Below are positions 45,818 through 56,500 of a stretch of 59,745 nucleotides of DNA, piece by piece. The translations under genes were made by a program, and so were the position numbers. Position 1 is the stretch's first letter, and the number at the start of each line of letters is the position of its first letter. The stretch lies in the NCBI GenBank assembly GCA_947589395.1, contig CANQAA010000002.1, positions 1-59,745 of the forward strand, read 5' to 3'. The notes below the pieces were generated by a model. That model worked only from the letters and a program-made list of their open reading frames with translations, was not told the DNA's origin and did not search any database. Origin of the DNA: an uncultured Clostridia bacterium (lineage in GTDB: Bacteria > Bacillota > Clostridia > Christensenellales > CAG-917).

Positions 45818-45885
45818 AAAATGCATATTTATGCACAAAAATCTCCCTAAAATTGCATAATCGTTGCATAAAATCCGAAAATATC
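45818..45885 (+). promoter_or_regulatory. cluster of TGCA(T/C)A(T/A)(T/A) boxes plus a CCCTAAAATTGCA module upstream of the 45986 gene
   Basis: TGCA-type boxes start at 45822, 45832, 45854 and 45865 (spacings 10, 22 and 11 bp). TCCCTAAAATTGCATAATCGTTGCATAAAATCCGAAAATATC is homologous to modules at 21200-21270 (revcomp) and 50296-50340. Confidence 0.45.
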
Positions 45886-45916
45886 TCAAATTTATAAATT
45901 TTGAACATAAAATTGA

Positions 45917-45945
45917 TTGACATGACGTCAAAGAAGGATTATCAT
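45917..45945 (+). promoter_or_regulatory. sigma-A-type promoter candidate
   Basis: TTGACA (45917-45922), 17 nt, TATCAT (45940-45945). Confidence 0.5.
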
Positions 45946-45985
45946 TTTCATATTCTATAAAGGAATAGTATAAAAGAGGCTATAT

Positions 45986-48900
45986 ATGAAAAAGAAATTT
46001 ACGTTTTTGATGATCGTCGCGCTCGTCGCGCTGCTCGTTGCGGTGACGATGGTCGCGTGCAATCCGAAAGATGCAAAATTCACGGTCACGTTCTCGCTTG
46101 GAGACGGGGTGGAAGGCGACGCTCCCGCGCCCATCAAGGCGGCTGAAAACGAACAGATCGTTCTTCCCAACGTCACGCGCGAGGGCTTCACGTTCTTGGG
46201 CTGGAGCGACGGGGAAAACACATATGCGCCCGGCGATTCCTTCACGGTCGTTGCGGACGTCACTCTCACCGCCACCTGGCATGACAATGACGCGCCCATC
46301 TACACCGTGACATTCTCGCTTGGCGAGCTCGAGGGCATCGCGACCCCCGTTCAGGCGATCAAGGCGGAGGCAAACGTGCCCATTGTGCTTCCCGCCGCCA
46401 CGCATACGGGCTACACGTTTTTGAGTTGGAGCGACGGCGACGACGTCTACACCGCCGGCTCATATTACACCGCGACTGCAGACGTCACCCTCACGGCGAA
46501 TTGGCGCAACGACAGCCTGCGCACTTTCACGGTGACGTTCTCGCTCGGCGAGCTTGCGGACTTGGCGGTCGCGCCTCAACCCCAAGTGGTAAACGACGGG
46601 GCGACGATACACCTTCCCGCCGCGCCTGTCATCGCGGAATACAACTTCCAATATTGGGAGCTTGAAGGCACGATCTCGCACTACGATGAAGACGACGAGT
46701 ACGAAGTCCGCGCGAACGTCACCTTCGTCGCCCGCTACCGCGACAACGGCAGAGTCCCTCAGGAATGGCGCGGGTCATGGATTGTCAAAGGGTCCGACGC
46801 TTGGGTTGCGTCGTCGATCTTCAACGAAGCGGTCATGTTGACAAAGGACGACATCTATTATTGCGGGTTCAAGGGCACGGACTATGAAGTCACCCAAACG
46901 GGTTCTATCAAGTTCAAAGTGACGTATTATTTCGGCGAAGTGGAAGAAATGACGCCGTTGATCCTTGAAGTTTACGAGGAGAACGACAAACTTTGGTTGC
47001 GCAGTTGGGGAAGGGCAGATTATGACTACAGTCAATCCACCGGTTCAAAACCCCCGTTTGCGCCCGATGAGTTGGAAAGGAAGACATATTCTGTGACGTT
47101 CTACGCTCTTCCCGATATAGAGCTTGGCGAAAATAACAATGTGTATTCCTATTATCTGCAGGACGACGGCACAGCCTCCGAAGAGGATCTTGCGGGAGTT
47201 CCCACTGCAGACGAGATGGAAGAGGGATTTGTCGGTTGGTACAGCATGAGGGGAGCAAACTATCCGCCGGAAGAGGAGTTTGACCCGGAACAAAAACTTT
47301 ATACCTACGTCACATATTACGCCAAATATTGCTTCTACGGCACATACAGGGACGAAGACGACAACTTTATCACTCTGGACGGAAAATATGCGTTTGTCAA
47401 CAGCGCTGCGGGCGAAGAATACAATCTGGATTATGAAACGAAAACTTTGTTTGTTGGTGCAAGAAGATACAAAATAAATTGGAACACATGGACGTTTGAG
47501 GACATCTCGGTCGACGCGGAGGAATTTGACGGCGAGTGGTACGGAATGTTCAAGGACAACACCTATTATAACTTCAAATTTAACGGAGTCGGATACGGTT
47601 GGATATATCTCACCGTTGCGGGACGCCCGGAGGATACGGGCACGTCAGTGCAATATACCGTTGCCGCTATCAACACAATTCAGTTTACTTTCAAAGGCGA
47701 GACCTACAGAATCGAGATCAATGATGACGGCACTCTCACAGTCAGCGACAACGAAAATGAATACGTTGTGGTCAAAAAAGGCACGGTTGTGGGCACATGG
47801 ACAAACAGCGACAAGAGCAACAAGCTGGTGTTTACTGCGGATACCGTATCCGTCAACGGCGAAACCGCCGTTGCATATGAAAAACAGGGGAGCACATATC
47901 TCGCTACATACAACGATGAGCAGCTCACGATAACCGTGAATGAGGTTGGCGTTTTGAGCGTTGCCTCAAGCAGTGACTCGAGCGAGATCGCGGACGATTA
48001 TATGCCCGGCGAAAACGGCTTTGTCCCGCCCGTGTTGGGGGTGAAGGATAAGTTCGAAGGCGTTTGGTATGGCGTGTACGGAATAACGACAGATTATGAA
48101 GGCGATGAATATACTGTATATATCGTCGTTACTTTGGACGGTTGGGGCAATGTCAGCGTTAAAAATTATTCCGTTTATGTGTTCGGTGAGCAAGAGTATG
48201 TTGAGAATGAATCGGGAGGAACAAATCATTATCAACTCACCGACGACGATCATATCACTTGGGTGATGACCGGAATGTATACGCTTTGGGGCGGTGAGTT
48301 CGCGGCAAATGGAACGCTCATATTCGACCATGAGGCGTCGGATAGATCAAAGAATCTTGTTTTGGTCAAGGTGGGCGAGATAGAAGCAAATTGGGTGAAC
48401 GAGAGCAACACAAAGGCGTTTGTTTTCAACGACGGTCAAGTCACATTTGGGGACTACACCGCACCTTACGTCAAGGGCGATGGCAATTGGACGGCGACTC
48501 TCAACAACGAAAACCTCACGTTCACGATCACGGAATACGGCAAGTTGGTCGTGACTTCCGACAACCCCGACAGTGAGTTTGCGGGCAACGATTTCCATCC
48601 GCAAAAGGAAGTCTCGCTTGTTGCGCCCGAACCCCCAACGCCCACAATTCCCGCAGAGTCCGAATATTACGGCACTTGGGAGGGCAGTGACAGTGATGGC
48701 GATTACACGCTCGTCATCAAGTCCGACAAGAGCGGCACGATCGACTATGACGCGGGCTACATGTCGGGGGAAGAACCGTTCGACGGTTCATTCACATGGA
48801 CATATGATCCTGCAACAGGCAAAATCAGCTTCACAGGCGCGTCATTCTATGGTGATGAACAATACAGTTGCTTGATAAGCGACGGTCAGATGATCATGAC

Positions 48901-49600
48901 CGTTTCGGGGTCAGACATTACTCTCACCAAAACAGCCGACGAAGGCAGCAAAGAGCAAGTGGACGATTCCGCGCAAGCATTTTACGGCACTTGGGAAGGC
49001 AGTGACGGAGACGGAGATTTCACGCTCGTCATCAAGTCCGACAAGAGCGGGACGATCGACTATGAACCTGATTATTGGGATGAAGAACCGTTCAACGGTT
49101 CATTCACATGGACTTATGATCCTGCGACGGGTAAAATCAGTTTCACAAGTGCGTCTTTCTATGAAGATGCCGATTATACTTGCGAAATTAGCGGCGGCAA
49201 GCTCGTGATGTCTTATGGAAGCACTTCCGTCACGCTCACCAAGACGTCGGGCGGTACAACCGGCGGCGACACAAGCGGTGGCGGACAGGACGTCCCGCCC
49301 GCAAAGGATCATGATGACGCTTGGTATCACAACGCGCTCAAAGGCAGTTGGAGCGGATTTGAACATACCGATGAATGGACATACTATCTTGAGTTCGACG
49401 GCGAAGGTAATGTTACATTGTCCTATGCCGATATCGGACCACATACGGTGCTCGAAACGGTAGCTTATACGATCAACGAAGATGGAACGATAACATTCCA
49501 TAAAACCTTTTCTTTCAAAATAGTTGTTGTTGATGAAACGCACATCACCGTTACAATGGACGGAGAGACCTACAATATCGAAAAGCTTCCAGAAGCATGA
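45986..49600 (+). CDS. large surface lipoprotein with three Flg_new-type repeats and a long modular Tyr/Thr/Gly/Asp-rich body
   Basis: MKKKFTFLMIVALVALLVAVTMVAC lipobox. Repeats are FTFLGWSDGEN...LTATW, YTFLSWSDGDD...LTANW and YNFQYWELEG. The remainder has recurring WYG/YGTW...LT(I/V)T modules of unknown family. Confidence 0.88.
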   Translation: MKKKFTFLMIVALVALLVAVTMVACNPKDAKFTVTFSLGDGVEGDAPAPIKAAENEQIVLPNVTREGFTFLGWSDGENTYAPGDSFTVVADVTLTATWHDNDAPIYTVTFSLGELEGIATPVQAIKAEANVPIVLPAATHTGYTFLSWSDGDDVYTAGSYYTATADVTLTANWRNDSLRTFTVTFSLGELADLAVAPQPQVVNDGATIHLPAAPVIAEYNFQYWELEGTISHYDEDDEYEVRANVTFVARYRDNGRVPQEWRGSWIVKGSDAWVASSIFNEAVMLTKDDIYYCGFKGTDYEVTQTGSIKFKVTYYFGEVEEMTPLILEVYEENDKLWLRSWGRADYDYSQSTGSKPPFAPDELERKTYSVTFYALPDIELGENNNVYSYYLQDDGTASEEDLAGVPTADEMEEGFVGWYSMRGANYPPEEEFDPEQKLYTYVTYYAKYCFYGTYRDEDDNFITLDGKYAFVNSAAGEEYNLDYETKTLFVGARRYKINWNTWTFEDISVDAEEFDGEWYGMFKDNTYYNFKFNGVGYGWIYLTVAGRPEDTGTSVQYTVAAINTIQFTFKGETYRIEINDDGTLTVSDNENEYVVVKKGTVVGTWTNSDKSNKLVFTADTVSVNGETAVAYEKQGSTYLATYNDEQLTITVNEVGVLSVASSSDSSEIADDYMPGENGFVPPVLGVKDKFEGVWYGVYGITTDYEGDEYTVYIVVTLDGWGNVSVKNYSVYVFGEQEYVENESGGTNHYQLTDDDHITWVMTGMYTLWGGEFAANGTLIFDHEASDRSKNLVLVKVGEIEANWVNESNTKAFVFNDGQVTFGDYTAPYVKGDGNWTATLNNENLTFTITEYGKLVVTSDNPDSEFAGNDFHPQKEVSLVAPEPPTPTIPAESEYYGTWEGSDSDGDYTLVIKSDKSGTIDYDAGYMSGEEPFDGSFTWTYDPATGKISFTGASFYGDEQYSCLISDGQMIMTVSGSDITLTKTADEGSKEQVDDSAQAFYGTWEGSDGDGDFTLVIKSDKSGTIDYEPDYWDEEPFNGSFTWTYDPATGKISFTSASFYEDADYTCEISGGKLVMSYGSTSVTLTKTSGGTTGGDTSGGGQDVPPAKDHDDAWYHNALKGSWSGFEHTDEWTYYLEFDGEGNVTLSYADIGPHTVLETVAYTINEDGTITFHKTFSFKIVVVDETHITVTMDGETYNIEKLPEA
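48656..49255 (+). repeat. near-identical in-frame tandem duplication (315-nt period, 2 copies) inside the 45986-49600 gene
   Basis: TACGGCACTTGGGA(G/A)GGCAGTGAC... starts at 48668 and again at 48983. The peptides YGTWEGSDSDGDYTLVIKSDKSGTIDY...FTWTYDPATGKISFT are repeated. Confidence 0.92.
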
Positions 49601-49621
49601 GCGAAATGAAAACCAAAAACG

Positions 49622-49648
49622 AGGACGGCAAGAGCCGTCCTTGTTTTG
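49622..49648 (+). terminator. intrinsic terminator
   Basis: AGGACGGC-AAGA-GCCGTCCT followed by TGTTTTG. Confidence 0.75.
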
Positions 49649-49740
49649 TATGAGCGGCGTTGGTTATCCCAACAAAAATGCGGATGTGTATGGACAAAAT
49701 TGAGACATGTATGCGAAAATTTGAAATATAACGCGTGCTT

Positions 49741-50111
49741 AATAAAGGACGCCCTTAGACAAAGTATAGTTTGACAATCCCCTCAGTCTGCGACCGCCCA
49801 AGCGGCGCAGCCAGCCCCCCTTACTAAGGGCGGCCTCGAGCGGGGGCTCTTGAAATATCACCAACCAACCGCGTTGAAGCATAGTTTGATGAGGGCTAAA
49901 AGAAAATGAAAAACTTGAGAATAACTTGCTTTCGCTCGAAGAGTTTTTGTAAAGAATAAAGCACAATGACTAATTTTGCTCAAACAGAGGATACGCTTTA
50001 TATTCCCACATAAGGCCGCCCTTTGTAAGGGGGGGGGGCTGCCCGAATGGGCTGAGGGGATTGTCATCTAATTTTCGCCGACAGGCGCACCATTTAGGGG
50101 CGTCCTTTATT
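49741..50111. repeat. 371-bp nested inverted-repeat element (MITE-like, invertible-segment-like or structured RNA)
   Basis: Three mirrored inverted blocks are present: AATAAAGGACGCCC (49741-49754 / 50098-50111), TGACAATCCCCTCAG (49772-49786 / 50052-50066) and CCCCCCTTAC(T/A)AAGGGCGGCCT (49815-49836 / 50013-50038). Confidence 0.8.
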
Positions 50112-50200
50112 ATGTGCGCGTTACTTATGCTTCGTACATGTGCTCGTTATGCTCAAACGGGGTTTCGATTGAGTGCGCGTTAATTTTGGTTCGAATTGGA
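50112..50200 (+). repeat. short array of the same ~57-nt repeat family as 26330-26830
   Basis: ATGTGCGCGTTACTTATGCTTCGTACATGTGCTCGTTATGCTCAAACGGGGTTTCGATTGAGTGCGCGTTAATTTTGGTTCGAATTGG. Confidence 0.7.
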
Positions 50201-50243
50201 AACTATCGCATCCACCCATGCTTTGAGCGGAAAAAGGTGGAAA

Positions 50244-50361
50244 TTTTATGCATAATTTCAAAAGTGGGCGATTTGATTGTACACAGTGTTGTTTTCACCC
50301 TTAAAAACAAATAAAAATGCATAAAATTTCAAAAATATACAGATTTTATGCATAAAATTTC
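50244..50361 (+). promoter_or_regulatory. three TTATGCATAA(A)AT boxes, including a perfect 16-bp palindrome, upstream of the giant protease gene
   Basis: ATTTTATGCATAAT is at 50244-50257. TGCATAAAAT is at 50318-50327. The perfect palindrome ATTTTATGCATAAAAT is at 50343-50358. The last two are 31 bp apart. Confidence 0.5.
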
Positions 50362-50403
50362 TTTTTAATTTAAATTTAATGTATATTTTTTGTATAAAAA
50401 CAG

Positions 50404-50432
50404 TTGCCTTTTTTGTTTATTGGTTATAGAAT
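50404..50432 (+). promoter_or_regulatory. sigma-A-type promoter candidate
   Basis: TTGCCT (50404-50409), 17 nt, TAGAAT (50427-50432). Confidence 0.4.
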
Positions 50433-50518
50433 AGTCATACTATTATTATAAGTATATCTATAAATTCCGTACGGGGCGTATGAGACAACCGGGCGGAGCA
50501 GACAATACGGAGGCAATA

Positions 50519-53500
50519 ATGTTTAAGAGTGAAAAGAGACTTGCAACAGTGTCGTTGATCCTCATCGCGGTGATGGTGTTCACTTTGCTGTTCAACGTCG
50601 TCACGGCAGGAAACATATCCGACTTGATCTCAAGCGACAGCGTGAGCGGCATCGAGAGCACAACGTCCACTTCCTTCAAAAAGAGCGGACTGAGCTTTGA
50701 CGGCGTTTCGCAAGAGCTCATCAACAAGGAGCTTGCTCAGCAAAACATCGCGTCCTACGACGGCGAGCGTTGGGCGATCGTCGAGCTTGAGGGCACAAAT
50801 TTGTATTCTTCCTTCAAAGCGAGCGGCAGATACGGCGACTTCCAGGAGTACGTCGCGAGCGCGGAGGGCAGAAAGCTCAGAGCGTCCATCGAGAAAAATC
50901 AAAACGACTTTTTGAAGAAACTCGACAGGCGCGGGCTGAGCTACACTTACAAATATTCCTACTACACGATCAACAACGGCGTGGCTCTCAAGATAGACGC
51001 GGACGCGTTTAACGCAATAAGAGAGATGGCGGGCGTGAAGGACGTGTATTATTCCGAAACGTACGACGTGCCAAAGGTCGAAGCGGTCCAAAACAACGCG
51101 CACGTCTACACGACGGGCATTTACGACACCTCCGCTCTCAAGAACATAGACACCGACGGCGACGGAACGTTCGAGAGCTATCAGGGCGAGGGCATGGTCG
51201 TTGCCATCATCGACACGGGCATCGACTACAACCACCCGGCGTTTTCCAATATGCCCACAAACCCCAAACTCTCAAAAGAGGACGTTGCCGATCTCATCGC
51301 GAGCGCGAACGGCAGCGGGCACTTTTATGCGGCGGGCGGCGTCGACGATCTTTATTACAACGCAAAGATCCCCTTCAGCTATGACTACGCCGACGACGAC
51401 ACGAACGCGTACGCAGGGTTCGAGTCTCACGGCACTCACGTCGCGGGCATCGTGGCGGGGCGCGACGACGGCAAAGTCGTCAACGAGAACACACACGAGA
51501 CGTTCACGGGCGTCGCTCCCGAAGCTCAGCTCGTCATCATGAAGGTGTTCACGGACGATCTCGACAGCCCCGTGCTCGGCGGCGCGAACAGCGTGGACAT
51601 TTTGAGGGCGGTCAACGACTGCGTGAGGCTTGGCGTCGACGTCATCAACATGAGCTTGGGCACTTCCGCAGGCTTTGCGGACGGCAAGTCCAACAACTTC
51701 CTCAACAGCATATACGGCAGCGTAGAGGACGCGGGCATCAGCCTTGTCGTCGCGGCTTCAAACGACTATAGCTCCGGCTTTGGCGGCGGCAACGGCACCA
51801 ACCTCGCCTCCAACCCCGACAGCGGCACGGTCGGCGCGCCTTCCACATATCAAGCGGCAATTTCAGTCGCTTCCATCAACGGACAGATGTCCAAATATAT
51901 CCTCGCAAACGACGACGAAAATCAGGTCGCGTTCATCACCAACTCCTCCGACCAATACGGCAACGAGCTGGACTTCATTGACGACCTGTATGCGAAATTT
52001 TCCGATCAAATCGACGCGGACGGACGGCTGACGTTCAAGTACGTCCTCATCGGCGGCGTGGGCGAAATTTCAAACTATAACTCGCAAGTCTACAACAGGC
52101 TGAACGACAAGACCTACAGGGGCACCCCCGTCGCGGGCACGATCGCGCTCGTCAAGCGCGGCACATCCACCTTCGCCGAGAAAGTTCAGCTTGCAATGGA
52201 CAACGGCGCGGACGCCGTCGTCATCTACAACAACGTGTCGGGCGTGATAAGGATGTCGCTCGGCGACGTCGAAAACCCCGTCCCCGCGTGCTCGATCTCA
52301 ATGGACGCCGCAAACTACATTTTGGCAAATACTCCGTTTGACGGCATGGGCACGATAACGCTCGACCGCGACGAGTTCCAGGCAGGACCTTTCATGAGCG
52401 ACTTCTCAAGCTGGGGCCCCACTCCGAGCTTGCAACTCAAGCCCGAGATCACCGCTCACGGCGGCGAGATAACGTCGGCAGTCGGCGGCGAGAAGAACAA
52501 CGAGGAAAACGGCGCGTACGACATCTACAGCGGCACGTCAATGGCTTCCCCGAACATGGCGGGCGCAGTCGCGCTTTTGAGACAATATCTCACCAAAAAG
52601 GTCGATTCTAATCTCAAAGGACCCGAACTCGAGGCGAGAGTCAATCAACTTTTGATGTCCACAGCGACCATCGCGCGCAACGAGGAGGGCAATCCGTACT
52701 CCCCGCGCAAACAGGGCGCAGGACTTGCCGATATAACGTCGGCTCTGATGTCCGAAGGCTATATCTACGTTGAAAAAGACGACAAAATTTTGGACAAGAC
52801 CAAGCTCGAACTTGGCGACGATCCGACAAAATCGGGCGTTTATACCCTCGAATTTGTCATAAAAAACATCAAAGACGTTCAGCAGGTCTATTCTCCGACC
52901 GCTTACGTCATGACCGAAACTATGGCGTCGGACAACAAGACCGTCGCCGAAAAGGCGTTCATGCTCGCGCCCTCATCAAACGACTATTGTTCGGTGCAAT
53001 ACTTTGTTGACGGCGTCGCTCACACGGGCGACATCACGGTGGGCGCAAACGGCGAAAGCCACGTCAAAGTGGTCATCACACTCAACCAATCCGCAAGGGA
53101 TTATCTTGACGCGAACTTTGTCAACGGCATGTACATCGAGGGCTTCGTGTCCTTCGACAACAAGAGCGAAAAAGGCATAACGCTGGGCATTCCGTATCTC
53201 GGCTTCTACGGCGATTGGAACGCCGCGCCTCTATTTGACTACGACGTGTTCGAGATCGCCGAGAGCGAGCAGGACACAAGCGTCCCCGAAGAGAAAAAGC
53301 TCAAGGCTTCCGCCGCCGCAACACAGGTCGTCGGAATGTACTATGAGGACGAAATGCTCCTGCCGCTCGGCACTTATCTCTACGCTCAGGCGGAAGAGGA
53401 CGTTCAGATGTATCCTTCGAGGGACAAGATGGCGGTGTCGATGTACGACGAGCAGGGCAACAGGACGCTTTACGAGATATATTGCGTGTGGGGCGGACTG

Positions 53501-56500
53501 CTAAGAGGCGCTGCTTATATGGACATAAAGGTCACAAACAGTGCGACGGGCGAGGTCGTCTATCAACATCAGCTTGAAAACATCGCCAAGTCCTATGCGG
53601 CAGGCGGCTCGGGAAGAGGCGCTCTCATCGAACTTGCCCTCAACCCCTATCAATGGGGAATGTTGAACAACGAGACCTACACCGTCGAAGTCAACGGCCA
53701 ACTCGACTATGAGACGGACACGGACGCTCTTGCCAAAAACCCCAACAACGGCAGCTGGAAGTTTGACTTCACCGTCGACTACGAAGCTCCCAAGATGACG
53801 GGTTACAGGGTGCGCTATGTGCCTTATGAGCAATACGGTCAGACAAAATATCACATCTGGCTTGACGTTGACGTCGTGGACAACCACTATGTGCAGGACG
53901 TCATCCCCGCGCATCTTCTTGACGATGTCGGCAGATGGAACGAGACTCTGGAAGAGGACGGAGAGGGCAACCGCGTCTATCCTCAGACTCTCACCCTCAT
54001 CACGGACTACGCGATAGCGGTTCAGGGCGAAAAGGGCAAGCAGAGCACAGTCTCGTTTGAGATCACAGACTACTACGAGGAGTTCGTGAACAAGGGCAAC
54101 CTCTACATTCAGATAGAGGACTACGCGATGAACTCCGAAGTTTACAACATAATTCTCGACGAGGAGTCCCTCTCCTTCCCGGAGACGATCGACTTTGTCG
54201 AGGACGCCGCAGGCAAGCTGAGACTCCCCGCCGGAAGCATCGGCAAAAACGCGGACGGCTCTCTTTACAATATATATAGTTTGTCCCTGCGCCCGAACGA
54301 GCTTTACACTTTGAACTGCACGGAGATCCTTGACAGATACACCTGGACGGGGACGACCGACGCGGTGCTCGCAAAGGGCAATCAGATCTATGCAAACGCG
54401 CTCACCGAAGGACAAGCGGTCACGCTGTATCTCACGGACGGCGCTTCCGTGCACGATCCGTACTTCGATCCCGACGAGGACGTGGATAAGATCTACGCGG
54501 CGGTCAGAGTGGACGTTGCAGGCGCGGAACTCACCAAACAGAGGGTAGAGGGCATCTCGTTCAAGCCCATTTTGAACGGCGACGATTGGGTGCAACCCGC
54601 CTCAGGCGAGGTCGAGCTCAATCCCGGTATGAACATTCAGTTGCAGATAGAGGTCTCCCCGTGGTATCTGAACATTCCGGGCGGCTACACTTACACTTCG
54701 ACAAACTCTTCCGTCGCAACCGTGAGTACGGACGGCGTGCTCACCACAAACGGCAGAGGAACCGCGACGATCACGGCAAGGGCGAACACGGGCAGCGCGT
54801 TCGAACTCTACACGGCGCAATTCATCGCGGTCGTGGGCGAGGAGTTCGAAGTGACAAGCTACACGCTTTACGACTACTACGGCGGGCCAAACGTCGTCAT
54901 CCCGGAGGACATCAACGTGATGTACCTCGACGAGGAGTGCTTCAGAAACAGGGAGGACATCGAGACGGTCGTGTTGCCCTCAACGCTCATGCAGATCCCG
55001 GAAGGCGCGTTCATGAACTGCACGAACTTGAGAGAGGTCACGATACCCGGCGGCTGCCGCGTGGTCGGCAATATGGCGTTTTTGAACTGCCCGAACCTTG
55101 AAAAGATAATACTTCCCGACTACACGGACGGCGAACACAACGTGCTTGACGGCGTTCCCGGACAGTTGATGGTCGGCAGATACGGCTTTGCGAACTGCCC
55201 CAAACTCGAGCACATCGCTCACGCTACCGTCCAAAAGAACGGCAACGTCTTGAGCTACACCGTCGACAACAACGACGGCGGCTGGCTCAGGGTCACGACG
55301 CTTTACGACTACGCCTTTATGAACTGCACGGCGCTTGGCGCGATTGATATCAGCAACCTGCAGGTCTCGGGCGAGGGCGTGTTCACGGGCTGCACGAACT
55401 TGTCGTCTGTGACGACGAGCAGGGCGACGGCGATAGGAGCGTATATGTTCGATGGTTGCACGAACTTGAGAACGTTTGAGTATAATGCGACGACAGTGCC
55501 GGACGGCGCGTTCTTCAACACGAAGAATCTTCAGACGATCACCTTCACACAAGAGTTGCTTTCCATAGGTTCTGAGGCGTTCAGAGGCGCGGGCATCGAG
55601 ACGATCACGCTCCCGGACGGCAAATTCGACATCGGCGCGTATGCGTTCAGTCAGTGCCCCAATCTCACCACCGTGAAGCTTTCTGCCAACACGGAGATCA
55701 AGTTCGACGAGACAATCGCGACGCTCTTCCCGCAATATACGGAAGATCTCACGCAATACTACGAAGACGCATACGGTCAGGTCCTCACGGAGCTTGCGGT
55801 CAATCCGTTTGGCGGCAGCGACCTCTTCACGGCGTACGAGCTCGTTGGAGAAAGCGAATTTTATCAAGTGAAGGACGGCGTGCTTTACAGCAAGGACGGA
55901 AGCGCTCTCGTCAGCGTTCCCGTCGGCAAGACGCTCAGCGCAATTCCTTCTGACGTCACGGCGATAGGCGCGCTCGCGCTTGCGGGCAACAAAATCACGA
56001 ACGCGGATCTCAGCTCTGTCACGAGCATAGGCAAGTACGCGTTTGCGCAGAGCAATCTTAGAACTGTCACACTCCCCGAGATAGACAAAGTGGACGACGG
56101 CGTGTTCTTTGACTGCACGAATCTTGTGAGCGTAACGGGGCTTGACAAAATCAAGCACATCGGCAAATTTGCGTTTGCGTTCACGGGCGATCCCGACACG
56201 ACGGGCGCGACGCTTTTGAACGTGGACCTTGTCGCCGCGCAGACGATCGACAACTATGCGTTCTACAACAGCACGATAGAGAACATCACGGGCGGGCGCA
56301 CAAACAGAAACGAGGCGCTTCAAAACGTGACGGAGGTCGGACAATATGCGTTTGCGTATACGCTCGTTGACAACATCAACATGCCCAACCTCACAAAGAT
56401 AGGCTACGCGGCGTTCTCCAATATGTACGCGTACAGAAACCAACAGGCAGTTGGGCTTGAGAGCATCACGGTCGGCGGCGTGACGGAGATGGGCGACTTC

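Noticed and set aside
50188-50197. GGTTCGAATT resembling a tRNA T-arm
   Set aside because: No acceptor stem, D-arm or anticodon arm can be drawn around it. It is part of the TTCGAA-containing repeat unit.
45986-50200. Diversity-generating retroelement (VR at the gene 3' end with a TR nearby)
   Set aside because: The window contains no reverse transcriptase gene. The intergenic repeats show no similarity to the 3' coding ends of the adjacent genes. There is no A-to-N mutation pattern between the internal 315-nt duplicates.
50480-50518. ORF-track start codons upstream of the preferred starts (50480, also 23294, 21166, 17451, 12510, 43774, 35610, 27414)
   Set aside because: Each upstream ATG or TTG lacks a properly spaced SD. 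A downstream ATG has one and yields a canonical N-terminus (signal peptide or conserved family start). The alternatives cannot be excluded without N-terminal data.
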